This document shows positions 27,559 to 41,700 of a stretch of 64,000 nt of DNA, piece after piece (position 1 is the first letter of the stretch; each line of letters opens with the position of its first letter). Both the position numbers and the translations under genes were made by a program. Source of the DNA: Phoronis australis. Its lineage: Eukaryota > Animalia > Phoronida. The DNA lies in assembly GCA_002633005.1 (NCBI GenBank), contig NMRA01000273.1:63506-127505 (forward strand), read 5' to 3'. The notes under the pieces are model-generated. The model was not told where the DNA came from, did no database searches, and worked only from the letters and a program-made list of their open reading frames with translations.

Positions 27559-30500
27559 TCATTTCTTCTTTCCAGGATCCTGGTAGCAGATCAATGCCAG
27601 TGAGTCTGAGGGTCGTTTGGCAGTGTAGCTAAATGATAATGCAAAATATCAGACTATCTTAAAGTCTTGATTAATATTCAAGAGTATTTCAGCAGCAAAT
27701 TATGTTTAAGACATGATATTTCATTTGCATTTAACAGCATTGGCCGACAGTCCTGTTTCAGAAGACTTGTATTAATAATATTCAAATGAAATTTATCAAC
27801 TCAAATTTTTTTGCATACTGAACTTACCAATAGTAACATGTGAGTGTACTAAACAGTTTTCCCTTGACAAAAGTTGCAATTCACTATCATGACTTCTTTT
27901 TGAGGGATCTGTTTTGTTTTCCAACACATACGTGATTGAAAGCATTTCTCTACCATCTGAGCATTATTTCTTTGAAAATATATATCTGTCTCATACTCAT
28001 CATCTTCCACGTCCAAATAACAATGGTTTTAGGATGAAGGAGAGGATTTTCAACTTTATTTTAATCCAATGACATTTCTGTCATCTGACATAATTTATCA
28101 ATATTTGACTATTACATGCAAATACCTGAGGAAATACATACCAGACAATAAGCATAATACCACACTTACCTGGAAGCTACAGGTACCAGCAATGAATCAT
28201 CCTTCTTCAAGTTGTGAGATACACCATCAAGTGAGACGACAGACGAACCCTCCTAAAACAATTGATGTTATTTATGTCTGTAAGCAGCAATTCATGTTCT
28301 ATGCGGTGTAGCAATATCTGCTTTCACCAAATCTGTGTTGTTGATTCTGACAGCATTTTGAAAACTACCCACACCAGGGTGAATATCAAATGATGGAAAT
28401 CAAAACATACGACACCACTCAACTTAATGGTAGAGCATTATAATGACGGCCAGATGAGAGGACGCATATCCACCAATGAGTCACTGACAATGGGCAAGCG
28501 GAAAATGTAATAAACCAATGGGACGGGGAGCATACCAAATGAACCCTGGTCCCAACTTGTGAGACGTAAAAAGTGTGATGAGGTGAAGTGTGCGTGTTTC
28601 ATCTGTAGTCGGTGCTGCTACGAGATGTTGATGGCTCAAATGTACATATCTCGTTATCTTGTTGTGAATTGACATACTGTAGACAAGTTTTGATGAATTT
28701 ATACAATACTTTGGTTATTTGGAAAATCAAAACAAAAAAGGTGAAAAGAAAGAACACAACCCCAAGAGAAAAATTTTATGGCTACCAATTTTGAGAAGTA
28801 TGTTACTGGGCCTAATAATGTATTCCATAGATTATAAGCAGAGATTTTGGAAAACTACTCATTGAAAAGAGACGTATGAAAATTGAAAAATCCGGGGCAC
28901 TAGATTTCTCCCTTACAACCAACAAAGGGCGTCAACACTCCCCTTTCTGAACCCACTGCACCTTTTTGCCATCAGGACTAAGGGGCTCACACCTGATTTA
29001 ACAAATAAATGAATCACTGAAAAGTCAAACCCATTCATCGGGGTTTACAAGAAGCATAGCTCACCAGTTGCCATATCCAGATCTCAGCAGCGTCACACTT
29101 GTCTGTATTCTCACCTGGTCCAAACACATCCACCTGAGAACAAATAGAACCAACTAAAGAAGTGACTAACCTTTGACACAATCACACAAATGGAGCAAAA
29201 TTTCATTCCAACTGAATAAGGATTTGGCTTATCTTCAAAACATGCAACTCTCGACATACTGACCACACGCATTTCTTTGGTCATGAATTTTATTTCTATT
29301 TTAATGAGATTCAAGTACATAGATTCTGACAGCTAGAGAAATCAAACTCAAGGTTGAGAACAACAAGTAAGCATTGCATCTGGACAAACATACAAATGTC
29401 AAACCATAGGCAGCACAACACTGAAATAAGTGGGGAGCTATAGCCCCTCAGCCTCCTAGTGGGTGTGCCGCCCATTTGCTCAAGTGTTTGTGAATAAAGT
29501 TCATTTAAAAGTCCAGGTGAGGTACTCTAAATTGTAAATGTGCAAGTCCATTAACTGGATGATTTTATGTGTCTCAATTTTGTTCCTTATACTTTGTAAT
29601 TAAGTAGTTGAACATAAATTGAAAAAACTCCAATGTCTACCATTTTGTAAGTGATAATCTATGAGTCAACCTTCACTTACACGTTACCTAAAATGCAGCT
29701 CCTGCGGTTTACTCAAGAGTTTCACATATAGATGGATATAGCACATACAGCCGCATGGGTCATCAAATACAAATAACTCAGGGAACTAGAATATTTCGTT
29801 TTCTGAAAAAATCTGACTCATACTCCAAACCTTTGCACATTTTGAATGACTTCATGTCAAAAGTGGCAACCAAAGAAACGGGATTATTACAGAATTATGC
29901 ATACCTGAAACTGATGCTCATCACTTCCAAATAAAGTCTTGAAACCTTTTTCTTCAATTTCTTTCCTGTTATCCTCTATCCACCCATTTAAAGAGAATGG
30001 CATCGTCAGCTTGGTCATGGTGTCAATCTCAAATGCAGGCTTGGGTATCGTACCTTAAGCCAGACCAAAAACATCACACGGGAATGTTCACTAATTTCAG
30101 ATGTACATTCAGAGAAAACATATCATTCATACAACACTATACCTGTTGAATGTGCTTCTCATTCAGACATAATCTTTAGATATTCCACTTTCACAGGTTG
30201 AAAGACAGCGATCAACATTGGCACCAACCTTGGGCCCATTATAAGAAACTGTCTTCTAGTTCATTTTTGACTTATTAGAAGTCTAAGATTTGTCTCAGTT
30301 TCCATTTACTTTGAAACTTCCACATTCGGTTAGTTAGTCAAAACTAAGACAAAACTTAAGCAAATTGGCCGAAATTTAAGATTTGTCTTAGCTAAGCCAG
30401 TTTTCTTGGAACAGGCCCCTTACTCATACACCTCTCTCTGGAGCCAAGTCCTTATGTCTAGATACTTTTAAATTCAAACACTTTAAAGACTACCCGAGAA

Positions 30501-33500
30501 TCAAACATCAAGTCTATATGAATTACGAAGAGGAAAAACCTGACTGTGCTTATTTTTAAATAACAAATATTTCTTGGTGTAGCCTGTACTCTATAGAAGA
30601 ATAAGTTCTCAAATGTAAATATCAATCTGGTTCCCTGCAGTCTTTGTCTGGCATCATACACCCCGAGACACAAGCAAATTATCTACCATGATTATGGAGG
30701 AATTTTTATTTCAGGTAGTATTGCATCATAAAGTCATCACTCTACTTCACAGAAAAGGAACTAAGATCAGTGTTTGTGATCATGTGGGTGGCTGGTGCTG
30801 GCGGTTCTTGTACTATCATTGTTGATAATGTACTGAGGAACAGCCAAGTTCTTATTAATCAGCTCCACCCTAATATTCATTCTTGTCAATAAGTCTTCCA
30901 AATAAATAACAGACTACTCAACTCACCGGGTATTGGCTTCCCCGTTTTATGTTGCTCAGAAGCAAAATAAGCTTTTATAATAGGGCCTAGTTGGCTGCCC
31001 AGATCATCACAATAGAACCAACGCTCGTACAATGGTTCCAAAGTAGGCTTGCCGTCAACCTCAACAAAGTATCTACAAAGAAGTGACTTGCAATTAATGT
31101 GATAGAAACTACATACTTCGAAACTGTCATCTTTCCACAGGAGTATGCTGTTTTAAGGCTTTTCTGGAAGACCCCTACTGGGTTCCCCCCCGAGTCTATC
31201 TCAAGGAGAAAATAAAAAATAGTACTGTTTAACAATCACACGCAGGGAGCAAAAGACCAATGGCTAAAGGCACTATGAGCATCTAGTGTGCAGGAACACA
31301 ACAGAACCATTTCTAGTTTGATATTCATTCAACAGTCACAGCATGGAGTAGCGACATACACAGCGTCATGGCCAGTCTTTAATAATAAGTATGTTTTGTT
31401 CTTCCAATACCCACAAATCATTTTTAATTTGAGAAAGGGACAAAGTAAGAAAATTCAGTTACGAGGTATATTCAAATTAATAAGCAATTTTGACATAGCA
31501 AATCACTGAAGGCACCAGATTCAGTTTGAGCCTGCGACGGAGTTCATACACAAAAAAATTTCATACACAAAAAACATAGAGCTCCTAAAGATCAGTTTTG
31601 TGATTTGCATTAATTACTCCCTTCTACTTTCAATCAAAGAGTTTCACATACTTTTCTGTAACCATTTTAACAGTAGTTTGGATAGTAATCAAAATTTTAC
31701 AACCTCAGGAACAACCAAAAATGACTGTATTTTTCCAAAAAAATGCTATAGAATTTGGAATCTTTTAATTTCTGGTATTCTTTGCGAGTATAAGTTGTCA
31801 CGACCGCAACAGTTGCATAACGCTTACTAAACAAAGTTATGTAAAAATTTTGTCTTTGTTTTCATTTTTAGCAACTTTACTACACAAGTGGTGGCAATTT
31901 TCTTGACATTTTTAAAATTATTTATTGACCTTTTTAAAAAATGGATTAGCCTGTTCGGGATACAGTGCTAGCAGTAGTCAGGGTAACAAAAAGAATACAG
32001 AGTGTCTCCGAAAAAGACTTAAGAACAGCAATATGTAAAAATAAATTCATTGTTCAATCACCTTTTTAATTAAAGCTAAAATAAAATGCACTGAAAAAAA
32101 GAAAACATCAAATTTGTGATGTATCATGACCACATCTTTGCCTTTGCAAGTCGTCATACGCGGATTCAGCATCCCATCACATGAATAATCAATTAGCCAA
32201 GAGGGGCAACACCAGCTCACTCCGATTTTGGCCAAAGGAGCGTTGACGTATAGCTAAGTATGTCAGCCATGAACAATTTAAAGGCAGTAAAATGATGCTA
32301 CTGACCATTGTGAGATATATCCTTTAAACAAATTATCAGGCCTGTGTTATGTTGTCCAACATGTAAGATATGTATCCTTCTAGTAGGACTCATCCCACCA
32401 CTGTGATCTTGCCCCAGACACAAGCAAAAAGCACTCTGCGGATAGTTACCACAAAAATTCATGCCAACAAGTCTTTCTGTTGCTTTCTTACCTTCAGCTT
32501 AAGCTTGAGCAATGTTCTGAGAGGGAGAGGCCGGGCTAAAAATTCTATCTATCACAAAAAGAAGCTGCAGACCAATTTGAACTATTACCTCAAACCATCC
32601 AATTCTGTCTTGTGTCTCTCTCTTTCAATAACCAAACCAACAGTGTTGGCCGACCGCTGTGGGGAGTGGGGAATTTTACCAGGAAGCAGAAATATCTGTC
32701 AACAAACAACGCCACTTTGGTAGTAATTTCAACGATGTATGGTTACCAATTAATCTCGTACAGCATTCAGGTATTCCACTTAAAAAGCAGTATACCCAAC
32801 TCACCTTGACCAGGAGTTTGTTTTTCAGAAATCGTATCTTTTCAGAGAAAAGAAAATGCATCAAGAACTTCATTAACTCAGAAGCATTTCCACATTTTCA
32901 CTCACAAAAGCAATGCTTGAAACAGAGTTTTTGAAACTATCCAGAAGAGTTGTCGTCCAAAACAGCTGCTGAGAACATGCAACACTGTTGGTGCACTTCA
33001 TTTGTTAAGTTTCTCTATGACTTATACAATTGTATAGTGTGATTATGGAGGAGTACAGCAATTTCATAATGAGCAAATAAGATAGAAATTATTTCTCAAA
33101 AAAAAAACCATGCCTAATGCTGTAACTTGGTTAGTAAAGTCAGAGAGAAAACTAGTCACGTCTGACAACAACCATGTTTTTATTACCCAACATCCTTAGC
33201 TACACCACACCAGAGACACCAAGTGTCGAACAAGTACACTAGACGCTATCAAGATACTGCATCCCTCCCTTCCTAAGTCTAAACTTAACTCTACTTATGA
33301 GTTACATACTAAACACAAGAGTCAAAGTGCTCTACAAGTCAAGTCTATCAGGAGCCTTCACAGTCCGTTGTGAGCGACGAACAACTGGTGTCCCGGTTGG
33401 CGGTATATTGTTCACCACATCTGGCACGATACCCTGATCTGAAGGTTTATCAATAGAATTATTAACACTAGTGTCTGGTACAAACACAAAATCCTTAGAG

Positions 33501-36500
33501 TCAGCACTAATGAATGAATCTGATTTCAGTTCACGATCTGGTTTCATGCTATGAACAATATGATCAACATGGCGCTTCAGGANTGAGTTTAAATTATTTC
33601 CAAACACAACACTGAGCTCGCAATCAAAGACATACAAACGTTTGGCATGTAATACATTTGCACAAACAGGCTGCAGGAAATCAATTTACAGTAAAATCTG
33701 CATACATCACAGGTACACTACTTTTTAATACAATTACTCTCTTTACAACTACAACTTACAGAAGAGAGAATATACACATTAACCCTGCAGCTGTGCACCA
33801 TGTACGCTTAACTTAGAGAAAATTTTGCAATATGTTTATTCTAGCTAGCATGTCCATTAAGTCATTTGTACGAGTCATAGTTTGCCTTACTCCGATAAAA
33901 TTTCATGATCTGATTGGATCAGAGACTCGCTGCACGACAGGACTTATCTCCATAGCAACATACCTCGCCTTGCTTTATGGGAACATCTTTATGGACTCCT
34001 TGTTCGACCACCTTCAGGCACATGTCACCTCGCACCATATAAAACAGCTGCAAACACACAGGCACAATACCTGCTTAAATTAATAATTTTCAGATCAATT
34101 ACAACGCCAAGATTCTTCAATTTAAAGGAAAACACGGAGTAACAGTGAAATTTCATTTCATTGAAATTATCAACAAAAGTAAATAGGACGAAAACTGTAC
34201 TCCATTATATTGCACAGTTTATATTGTATCGCTTTCATCAATAAACGCACGGTGAACACCACAGTGATCTTTTTAAGATTAGAAAAATGACCATTATGGC
34301 AATTACTTTTATTGGAATAAGACAGAAATTTGCTGTGTTAATTTCACATCCCAATAATAAAGGCAGCAATGCTTGCACTCAAAATGATAGAAAAGTGGAA
34401 TATTGCTTAGTCTAATATCTATAAGAGAAGGAAGCCGGATGCCCTTGCTCGGAGACTTTAGTATTGTAATTGTCATGCAGTGGCCCCCAGTGTTGGCATT
34501 AACACGAACACCATTCCCATCATTAAACTACGCAACAAATCAAAAATGAAGTATTTTTTTCGTGTGCCACTGAGTTACCAAGAAGTAGCCACTTTTATCA
34601 CACTGACTTCAACATGTTTGCTAGACTCAAGGAAAGAGGAATATACCAAAAAATGTTTTCATTTTTTGTTGTTTACCATAAAATGTTGCCTCATTTTTGA
34701 CATTAAAACTGTGAAGTTATTGAATTGAATGTCCATGTATTCATTTTACACCCTCCATAACTAGTGGTTGGGGGGTAACCCCTGCTCAGTTTATATAGGT
34801 CAAGACCCCTCTCCCAAAAGGCGAAGGCAACCTTTTCTCATGTCATTTTTAGCAAAACCACGGTTTGTTGATTATCCCAGACATATTTTTCACTTATTTA
34901 CTGCTTTTCGTAATTTAATTAATTACTCGTAGTCTACTCCGGAAGTGATGTTTTGGGAGGCAAGAATTTCACGCTAATTTCTTTTCATATAGTCTGACTG
35001 TGAGAGCAGTCGAGTCAGTCATTGTTTTAGCTCGGTTGTGGTAAGTTCGGTCGTCGTTTGCTTTTGCTTACGAGTCAGTCAACATGCCACGCTGTTGTTG
35101 CGTACTGGGGTATACTCATTGTCTCACGTACAGAGAAGAACTGTCCCACTTGCCGAGTGTCCCGCGACACACTCCCACTGGAGGGTGATCTGAGCACCCA
35201 AACTGCTTACATCCCGCCGTGTGACTCCCTCGTCACACACCTGGCACCTTCTAAATAGCTCCAATACAAGTCCACAATAAACTTCTCAAACTTAGGCTCA
35301 CCAATCTGTTCATTGGATGACGAACTGTCCTCTTCACTGGGTGTCGAACTGGGCCTGTATTCACTCCCACTACTCAACATCGCTGCAGGGCTGCTTACAG
35401 GCTCTGCCGAGGCTAGAGACAACAACACAAGGCGAATCGCTGCTAGTTCCCAGAATTGCACCCAATGGGTTACGTTCGGAGGCACGGGTGACATTAGATG
35501 AAGTGCCTTCAGTCACTGTATATAGTGGCCACAGCTCGTGAGGCTTCTCGCTTCAAAAATGCACTTCTCGGGGTTGGCGACGGGGCACTGCCGGGAATTA
35601 ACAGTGACGGTATGGTACCCTTCTTCAGGTGTTGTTTCTCAGGGATCTTCATCATTTCAGCATACATATCTCAGTCATAATCTGACTGCAGAAAATGCTT
35701 GCCACACACACGGTAACCCTCCACTGCTTTGTACGTTGCATGGACGGGTAGCACTGCGTTCTTCACATGAACGAGCAAGCCAAGTACAGCGAAGTGTGTC
35801 ATCTTTCGGAAAGCGACGCAAGGTACCCAAAGCGCGTGTGAGACAATAATGAGTACATCCCGGCACGCAGCAACAGCGTGGCATGTTGACTGACTTGTAA
35901 ACAAAAGCAAACGACGACCAAACTTATCACAACCGAGGTAGAACAATGACTGACTCGACAGCTCTCACAGTCAGACTATAATGAAAAGAAATTGGCGCGA
36001 AACTCTTACCTCCCAAAACGTCACTTCCGGAGAAGAGGACGAGAAGTTGATTAAATTACGAAAAACTGTAATTAAATGAAAAATGTGTCTGGGATAATCA
36101 ACGAACCTTATTTTTGCTAAAAGTGACATGAAAAAAGGTTGCCTTCGCCTTTAATGTTTAAACTGCTGTAGGGGATTACGTGGATTGGGACTAAAACAAG
36201 TTAAAAGGATTCTTGTCAAGTCCTGGGATAGAATGCCAAATCCTTAGCACCATCACAGTGCCACTATGTCTGTCCATATACACCTGACCCCTATGGACAC
36301 AATCTTGAATCATTGCCTGCAGTATTGGTTACCTCCTCTCCCTCTTCAAGATGATAATCCTTTCTGGAATTGGGTCCTCCCACATAGAAGTGCTTCATCT
36401 GTCCATCATTATGCCTATAACCAAACAATGGTACTCGGATCAGTTTGACCCATTAAGCTTGGTAACACTTGACGGAGCATCACCTTAAATAGGCAGAGGA

Positions 36501-38363
36501 AATATTGAGTTCAGCAACTAGGACTGGTAGCGGATGAGGGAGGGGCTCAGACCCCAGATCGCGGCAGAATCGTTTTTTTTTTAGTCCAACGATAGATTTT
36601 CTGAACAGAAGGTCCACATCCCCAGCCACCGCAACTTTCGGGCAGCCTGTGCACATACAATCGCGCTTTGACCAATTCCCTGAGGCAACATGTTGGGCCC
36701 CCACTTATGGTATCCTAGATCCACCGCTGCCTTATTTCTTGATGTTTTCTCCCAGTTTCAACAAGTTCCCTGCTCCCTTACTAATCATTTCCCAATATCT
36801 CCAAAACAACTATTGATGAGAAAAGTAAATCTAGGAATAATATCTGTGCCAGTAACCTTTTTCAATGTTAAAAGGTCTAGGTGTTGTGGTAAGTGCCTAT
36901 TGCATTCCCAAATGGTAAGAAGTATTCTTAGTTAATGTGAACTAGCACCTAATGCCAAAGTTGCACAATTAGGCGGTACATTCCCAACTGACAACTAGGT
37001 ACGCATCTTACTCTGTTGGGATTGCAATGTTAGTAACCACTTACAACACCTGGACTTTTATGACCGACTTATTTTGTTTGGGATAAGGTAAAAGAGATGG
37101 GCATCAGTGACAACCATTACATGTTCGTGACAATATTCTTTCCCGTGCATTTTAGAGAGTGCGTACTAAAAAGAATCAAATCCTTCATTGGAAATTGAAC
37201 TTTTTCATTGTCTTATCAGCAAAACCTGGTTAGCTACAACAACAAAAAGAGAAATAACTCGCATTGCAATCTGCTGTTCCTACGGTCCCAGCCACTACTG
37301 AGTGATCTGCTTGAACAATAAAATGTAAGCTAATGACATCAAGCTGTTATGTATCACCGGCAGGCGAGGTGTGTAATATATGGCCATGGTCCGACACATA
37401 ATCACAAATGTGACAAATGGTACGGCATAGCGAAGAACACCAAAGGCTAGCTGGCACGATGAGTCTTGAGTGAAGAGGACCACCAACTCTGCCCAGCGAA
37501 TAGACAGTGACCACCCGGTCCGTCTCTAGCTGGCTCCAGTAGAGACAGTGAAGCTCTATATAGCTTTTTGGCAAATTATGCCTCACACTGATTAAAACAT
37601 CACAGTCACATTGTTATTGAGAACTTTTTGCGCACCAGTACCTCAGGGGGCCGTCAATGTCTTTAATTTGTTCAAACTCAAACAAACAGTCCTGTAATTA
37701 AGCTTTTTCCTCAAGCAGTCCTAGTTGCCCAAATGGGCAACTGGCCATTTTTACACTAGGCACACTTCTGTTTTTACCGCGCATGCCAGGAGCAAGTGCA
37801 GTGTTAAAATTGGGCATTTGCTGATTTAGGCAACTGAATGAAAGACTGCTCAAAGAAAAAGTTTGATTACAGGAGTATTTGTCGAGTTGGAAGTAATTAA
37901 AGACATTGACGGCTTCTTAAGGTGCTGTTGCACAAAAGGTACTTATAACAATGTGACTTTGATGTTTTAATCAGTGTGAGGCAAATTTGCTGGAAAGCTT
38001 CCGGCGTATGAAGCTCCTGTTCTGGGGCCAGCTAGATACAGTGGGTGGTAAGCGGTCAGTTGGGGACCATCACATGACAGTGACCAAGTGACACTGAAAG
38101 CATTGGTCGGATATAGCAGTCCCTGATTTTGAGAACCAGTTTCACTGAATATCGGGCCCACTATTCAGTGATTGCCTGGTTCTCAGAATCGGGGAGCGTT
38201 ATATCCGACAGGTGCCGGGATATTTGGCCTTTTGGGTAGAGTTAATGTTAATCAACTGCAAATGACAAGAAACATACATCATTTTATTACAGACTGGAGG
38301 CAAAAAGAACTTCTCGTTTTCCTGTATCCATTCTACTGTATTAATTACTCCGGTAGACGTCAT
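27559..38363 (-). CDS. HAAO: 3-hydroxyanthranilate 3,4-dioxygenase (complete, 9 coding exons, 291 aa)
   Basis: Exons 5'->3': 38363-38278, 36414-36333, 34047-33964, 32695-32589, 31072-30927, 30053-29905, 29133-29065, 28252-28170, 27628-27559 (TGA). All introns GT-AG and phases compatible, 876 nt. Motifs: [83 protein letters not shown]. Confidence 0.97.
33118..33582 (-). mobile_element. 3' end of a Gypsy-type LTR retrotransposon (pol tail, polypurine tract, short 3' LTR), cut by the N at 33583
   Basis: ORF tail KRHVDHI...[18 protein letters not shown] (stop 33332); PPT GGAAGGGAGGGA directly followed by a TG...CA segment 33261-33118 containing AATAAA. Confidence 0.85.
34819..36150 (-). mobile_element. 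Kolobok-like DNA transposon remnant with a disrupted THAP domain and ~310-bp inverted arms
   Basis: Termini AGGCGAAGGCAACC...GGTTGCCTTCGCCT|TTAA. Minus-strand [10 protein letters not shown]...FPKD...W (frameshift) RVCGKHF...(stop)...LKKGTIPSL is a THAP C2CH domain, followed by an acidic linker and KFIV...C...[14 protein letters not shown] resembling a Kolobok transposase N-terminus. Confidence 0.75.
37571..37990. mobile_element. Fold-back (MITE-like) palindromic element
   Basis: GCCTCACACTGATTAAAACATCACAGTCACATTGTTAT... mirrored by ...ATAACAATGTGACTTTGATGTTTTAATCAGTGTGAGGC; imperfect arms of ~190 bp. Confidence 0.8.
38106..38209. repeat. ~104-bp imperfect hairpin in HAAO intron 1
   Basis: GTCGGATATA...GATTTTGAGAACCAG...TCACTGAAT / ATTCAGTGA...CTGGTTCTCAGAATC...TATATCCGAC. 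Confidence 0.85.
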
Positions 38364-38757
38364 GCTGATCTTTGCAGTGAATTTTCGACAGTAGGACTCC
38401 CTTGGCCGTCTTCTCCCTGTTGTGTTGTTCCCGCGAAATGACCTGCCACCGTAACTTGACCTCAAGGTCAGTGACCGTCTTTGGCTTGATTCCTTTCGAG
38501 TGGGGTACAAATCAATGCAAATGAAGCTAAAACAAAAACAAAATTTCCATATAAGTCAATTGATTCATCCTTATGTGTGACACATGTGCTAGGTAATAAG
38601 TCTATGAAAAATGTAAAGTTCATTGGTGTCAAATGTTCGACTGAGTTATTTCAGCGTTTCCGTTTCAGTACCGGGAAAGATTTGGACTTGGAGAAGAATG
38701 CTGCAGTTATAATTTAGTTATATTCGTGGCATCTTGTGAAAATGTAGCTTTTGAAAT
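38364..38757. promoter_or_regulatory. Putative bidirectional promoter HAAO/RAD51B
   Basis: Only 394 bp separate the divergent start codons; ETS-like TTTCCG near 38657. Confidence 0.7.
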
Positions 38758-41700
38758 ATGCACAGAAGACTGAGGGGTCTTAAGAGCTCAAAAGCTGTAC
38801 ATGAAAAGTTTGAAAAGCTAAATTTCAGAACTTGCGAGGTAAGAATTGTTAACAAGGGAAAAGCACACTGCCCGTGACATCTCGTCCATACCTTCCCTAT
38901 CTGGCCTATGGCATGCTATGGCTATGCTGACTGACACTGATGTCTGTGACCACCGTGTCTCGCTGGCCCCAGTAGTTCAGCTAAAGACGGTGGTCACTGT
39001 CTATGTCACTGACTAACATAAAACTAGAAATGCATTTTTGGTAATTGTCTATGTCATGTTAGCCAACTTAAATGAACAGTTACTGGCACGATATAATTAT
39101 AATAGCATAGGGTAGAATACGCAAATGAAAAAAATTGTTACCATTTAAATCATGGGCGGCGCAGCACTGAAAAAAGAGGGGGGGCTAAAACCCTCAGCTC
39201 CCCTGTGGTGCATGGGCGACATAGCTCTGAAGAAAGTGGGGGGTTATGGACACCTATGCCTATAGTGTGCTGCCCATGTAGATGGTAATAATTTACTCTG
39301 CCACAGAATCCTGAATGCACACATCACCATCCCTGCGGAGAGAGGTGAGTAAAAACCACTTGCTGTCCAGGGCTTTATTCAAGATTTCGAAAACAGGGTG
39401 TCCAAAATGAGGTTCCCAATATTACAGGGAGTTCATGATTCCAACGACACGCAACCCCCACCCTCTCCACCGTTCACCAGCAATACCCCCCCACACACAG
39501 TGAGTTTTTTTACAATAAAATACATAGACCAAGGCTTTTACATCTAAGTTTACAGAAACAACCTTCTGTAGTGAGCTTTTTTACTCAAAAAAAAACTGTT
39601 GACCAAGACTTTTACATCTAAGTTTACGAAAACAGCCGAGTTGCTTACCAAACAAATATTAGAGATATTGCTTGAATGATGAGTACACTATGTTTTTGGT
39701 GATCTTGAGTCATATCATCTTAACTAGCTTTAGTATTCTGTAAAATGAGTCGTCAGAGCTGCAGTTACAAAACAAGAAAATTGCACATATGATGTGTGGT
39801 TTATATTTTGGCAACAGGTGTCACTGCTGTACCATATTAAAGCCATAAAACACACATTGAAAAGCACGAAACAGGTGGAAACTAAAAAGATGAAAATCGT
39901 GAAATTACAGCTCTGAAACACAAGTTTGGAGTTACAGTAAGGTATGACCCCTATATAAAATAAAAAAAACTATACATGTAACACCTCTGGGAACATAGTC
40001 AACAGTGGAAGAAAATTTGACAACCAAACATGGATACTCAATGGTTTCAACTTTGTTTGAACATGGCAACATTGTATATACCTTGTATCTGAATATAAAA
40101 AAGAGCCAGAACTGTGAGTTCACTCTTCAGCTGTGTGCCTCTTTCATTAACTGGGCTTCCTAGTAATCATTACAATGTGTGTGTCCAAACTTGAATGGTT
40201 CTGATTGACAGTGGGCGTCCAAATGATACATTGGGCCCTCCTTGCCAGAGCTCCAGATTAGTGCACGTCCAAGACATAGGCTGCATAAAGTTCTGTTGCT
40301 GTCGTAACGGATAGCTGCCACCAGTGTTGTCAACTACAGGTTGGGGCTGTCTACTGTCTGGCGAATGCGGGGTGCACATCTCACTAGTATGCCACTGTAT
40401 TGGCATTGCGGCGTGGCGTGACACCTTGCACTAATTTAGCCTTTGGGTTTTATGCCTGCCCAGGTTGACTTATCAGGTTCACAGCCTCGGTGGTTTTCTC
40501 GGGACTTTCGTAGACACCAGCACTGTGCCTGACCTGGTTATGGACTGCATCGTGAGGTGACCATGCGGGAGCTCGGTTGCCACACACACCGTCAAGCTTG
40601 CGCATATTCATGTTCAATTTCAGGGTGTTTGCTTGCTGAGGTTGTCTCAGTGCCACTGACCTGGCCGACTGGTAACATTTGGTTCGCGTCCTCCTCGACC
40701 GCAGGCCTGCCTTTTGCAGAACTGAGAGGTCGTTCTGAAACCCGGTAACAATGGCCGATAAACGGTGCTTTTCTCGAGTCTTTGATGCACCATCTATCGA
40801 CCATTGTTACTGGTTTCAGAAGGACGTTTTGTACATATCAAAGGTCCCTCCCGCCCCAACCCAGACGTCTTACCCAGTCATCTCAAGAGCTATTGCCTGT
40901 AGGCATAGACGAGTGAGAGGCCTTTTTATTACTACACTCACCGCACTCTTACCTATGGTCAAGGATTAAGAGCCGCACTGCCTGGAACTTGGGCCCTCTT
41001 AGTATGTATCCGCCTCCTCAAAAACTTGGGAGGCCGTGTGTCCCCTCTCTTTTGTCGTGAGTATGTACCATTGTGTGGGTCTGCAAGTGTTCATCCAGGA
41101 TTTCAAAAATAGGGCGTCCAAAATGGGTTTCTCAATTTCTCAGGACATCTATCATTACACCTTACTCCTGTTTAGTCTGCATTCCAGACAATACTGTTTT
41201 TGTCCTGATATCAATCTTTCTTTTGTTAATTGCCAGACTTGAGCTTTTGTCCGATGTCACTATGCAATTCCCAATTTTCTGCCATACTGGGTGTCATTTT
41301 TAAGGCCTTTCAAAATCACGGCATACTGGCTTGGAATTCCTCTGGTCTGTACTGAATATTTTCACCAGTGAAACATTTCGTTATGATTTTGTTGATGTTT
41401 TTACGTCTTAATATTTTAGGATCTTCTCACAAAGACAGATGTAGATCTCATGCGCCTACTTGACACTGGCCCGCGTGCTGTCAACGACATTGTCACTGCT
41501 GCTTGCCAATATGCAGCTCCCAAACCCTGCACAGTATGTATACTCTAACGTGAGACTCGCATGAACCAATGTGTGGTTGTAAATTATACTGGCTTATATA
41601 GAATTCCAAAACTGGTCGTTATTCTGTTTTTCTAAGGCTGGTTGCCTTTTCGCAAATAATGTCAATTTTAGCAAATGTTATTTTATGATATCTACACGAT

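Noticed and set aside
27828-27956. Extra minus-strand HAAO exon (open frame, AG...GTAAGT)
   Set aside because: Phase 1-1 inside a phase-2 intron; HAAO is complete without it and the peptide shows no recognisable similarity.
35675-35884. Functional host THAP-domain gene
   Set aside because: Frameshift and in-frame stop within the domain, enclosed by transposon termini.
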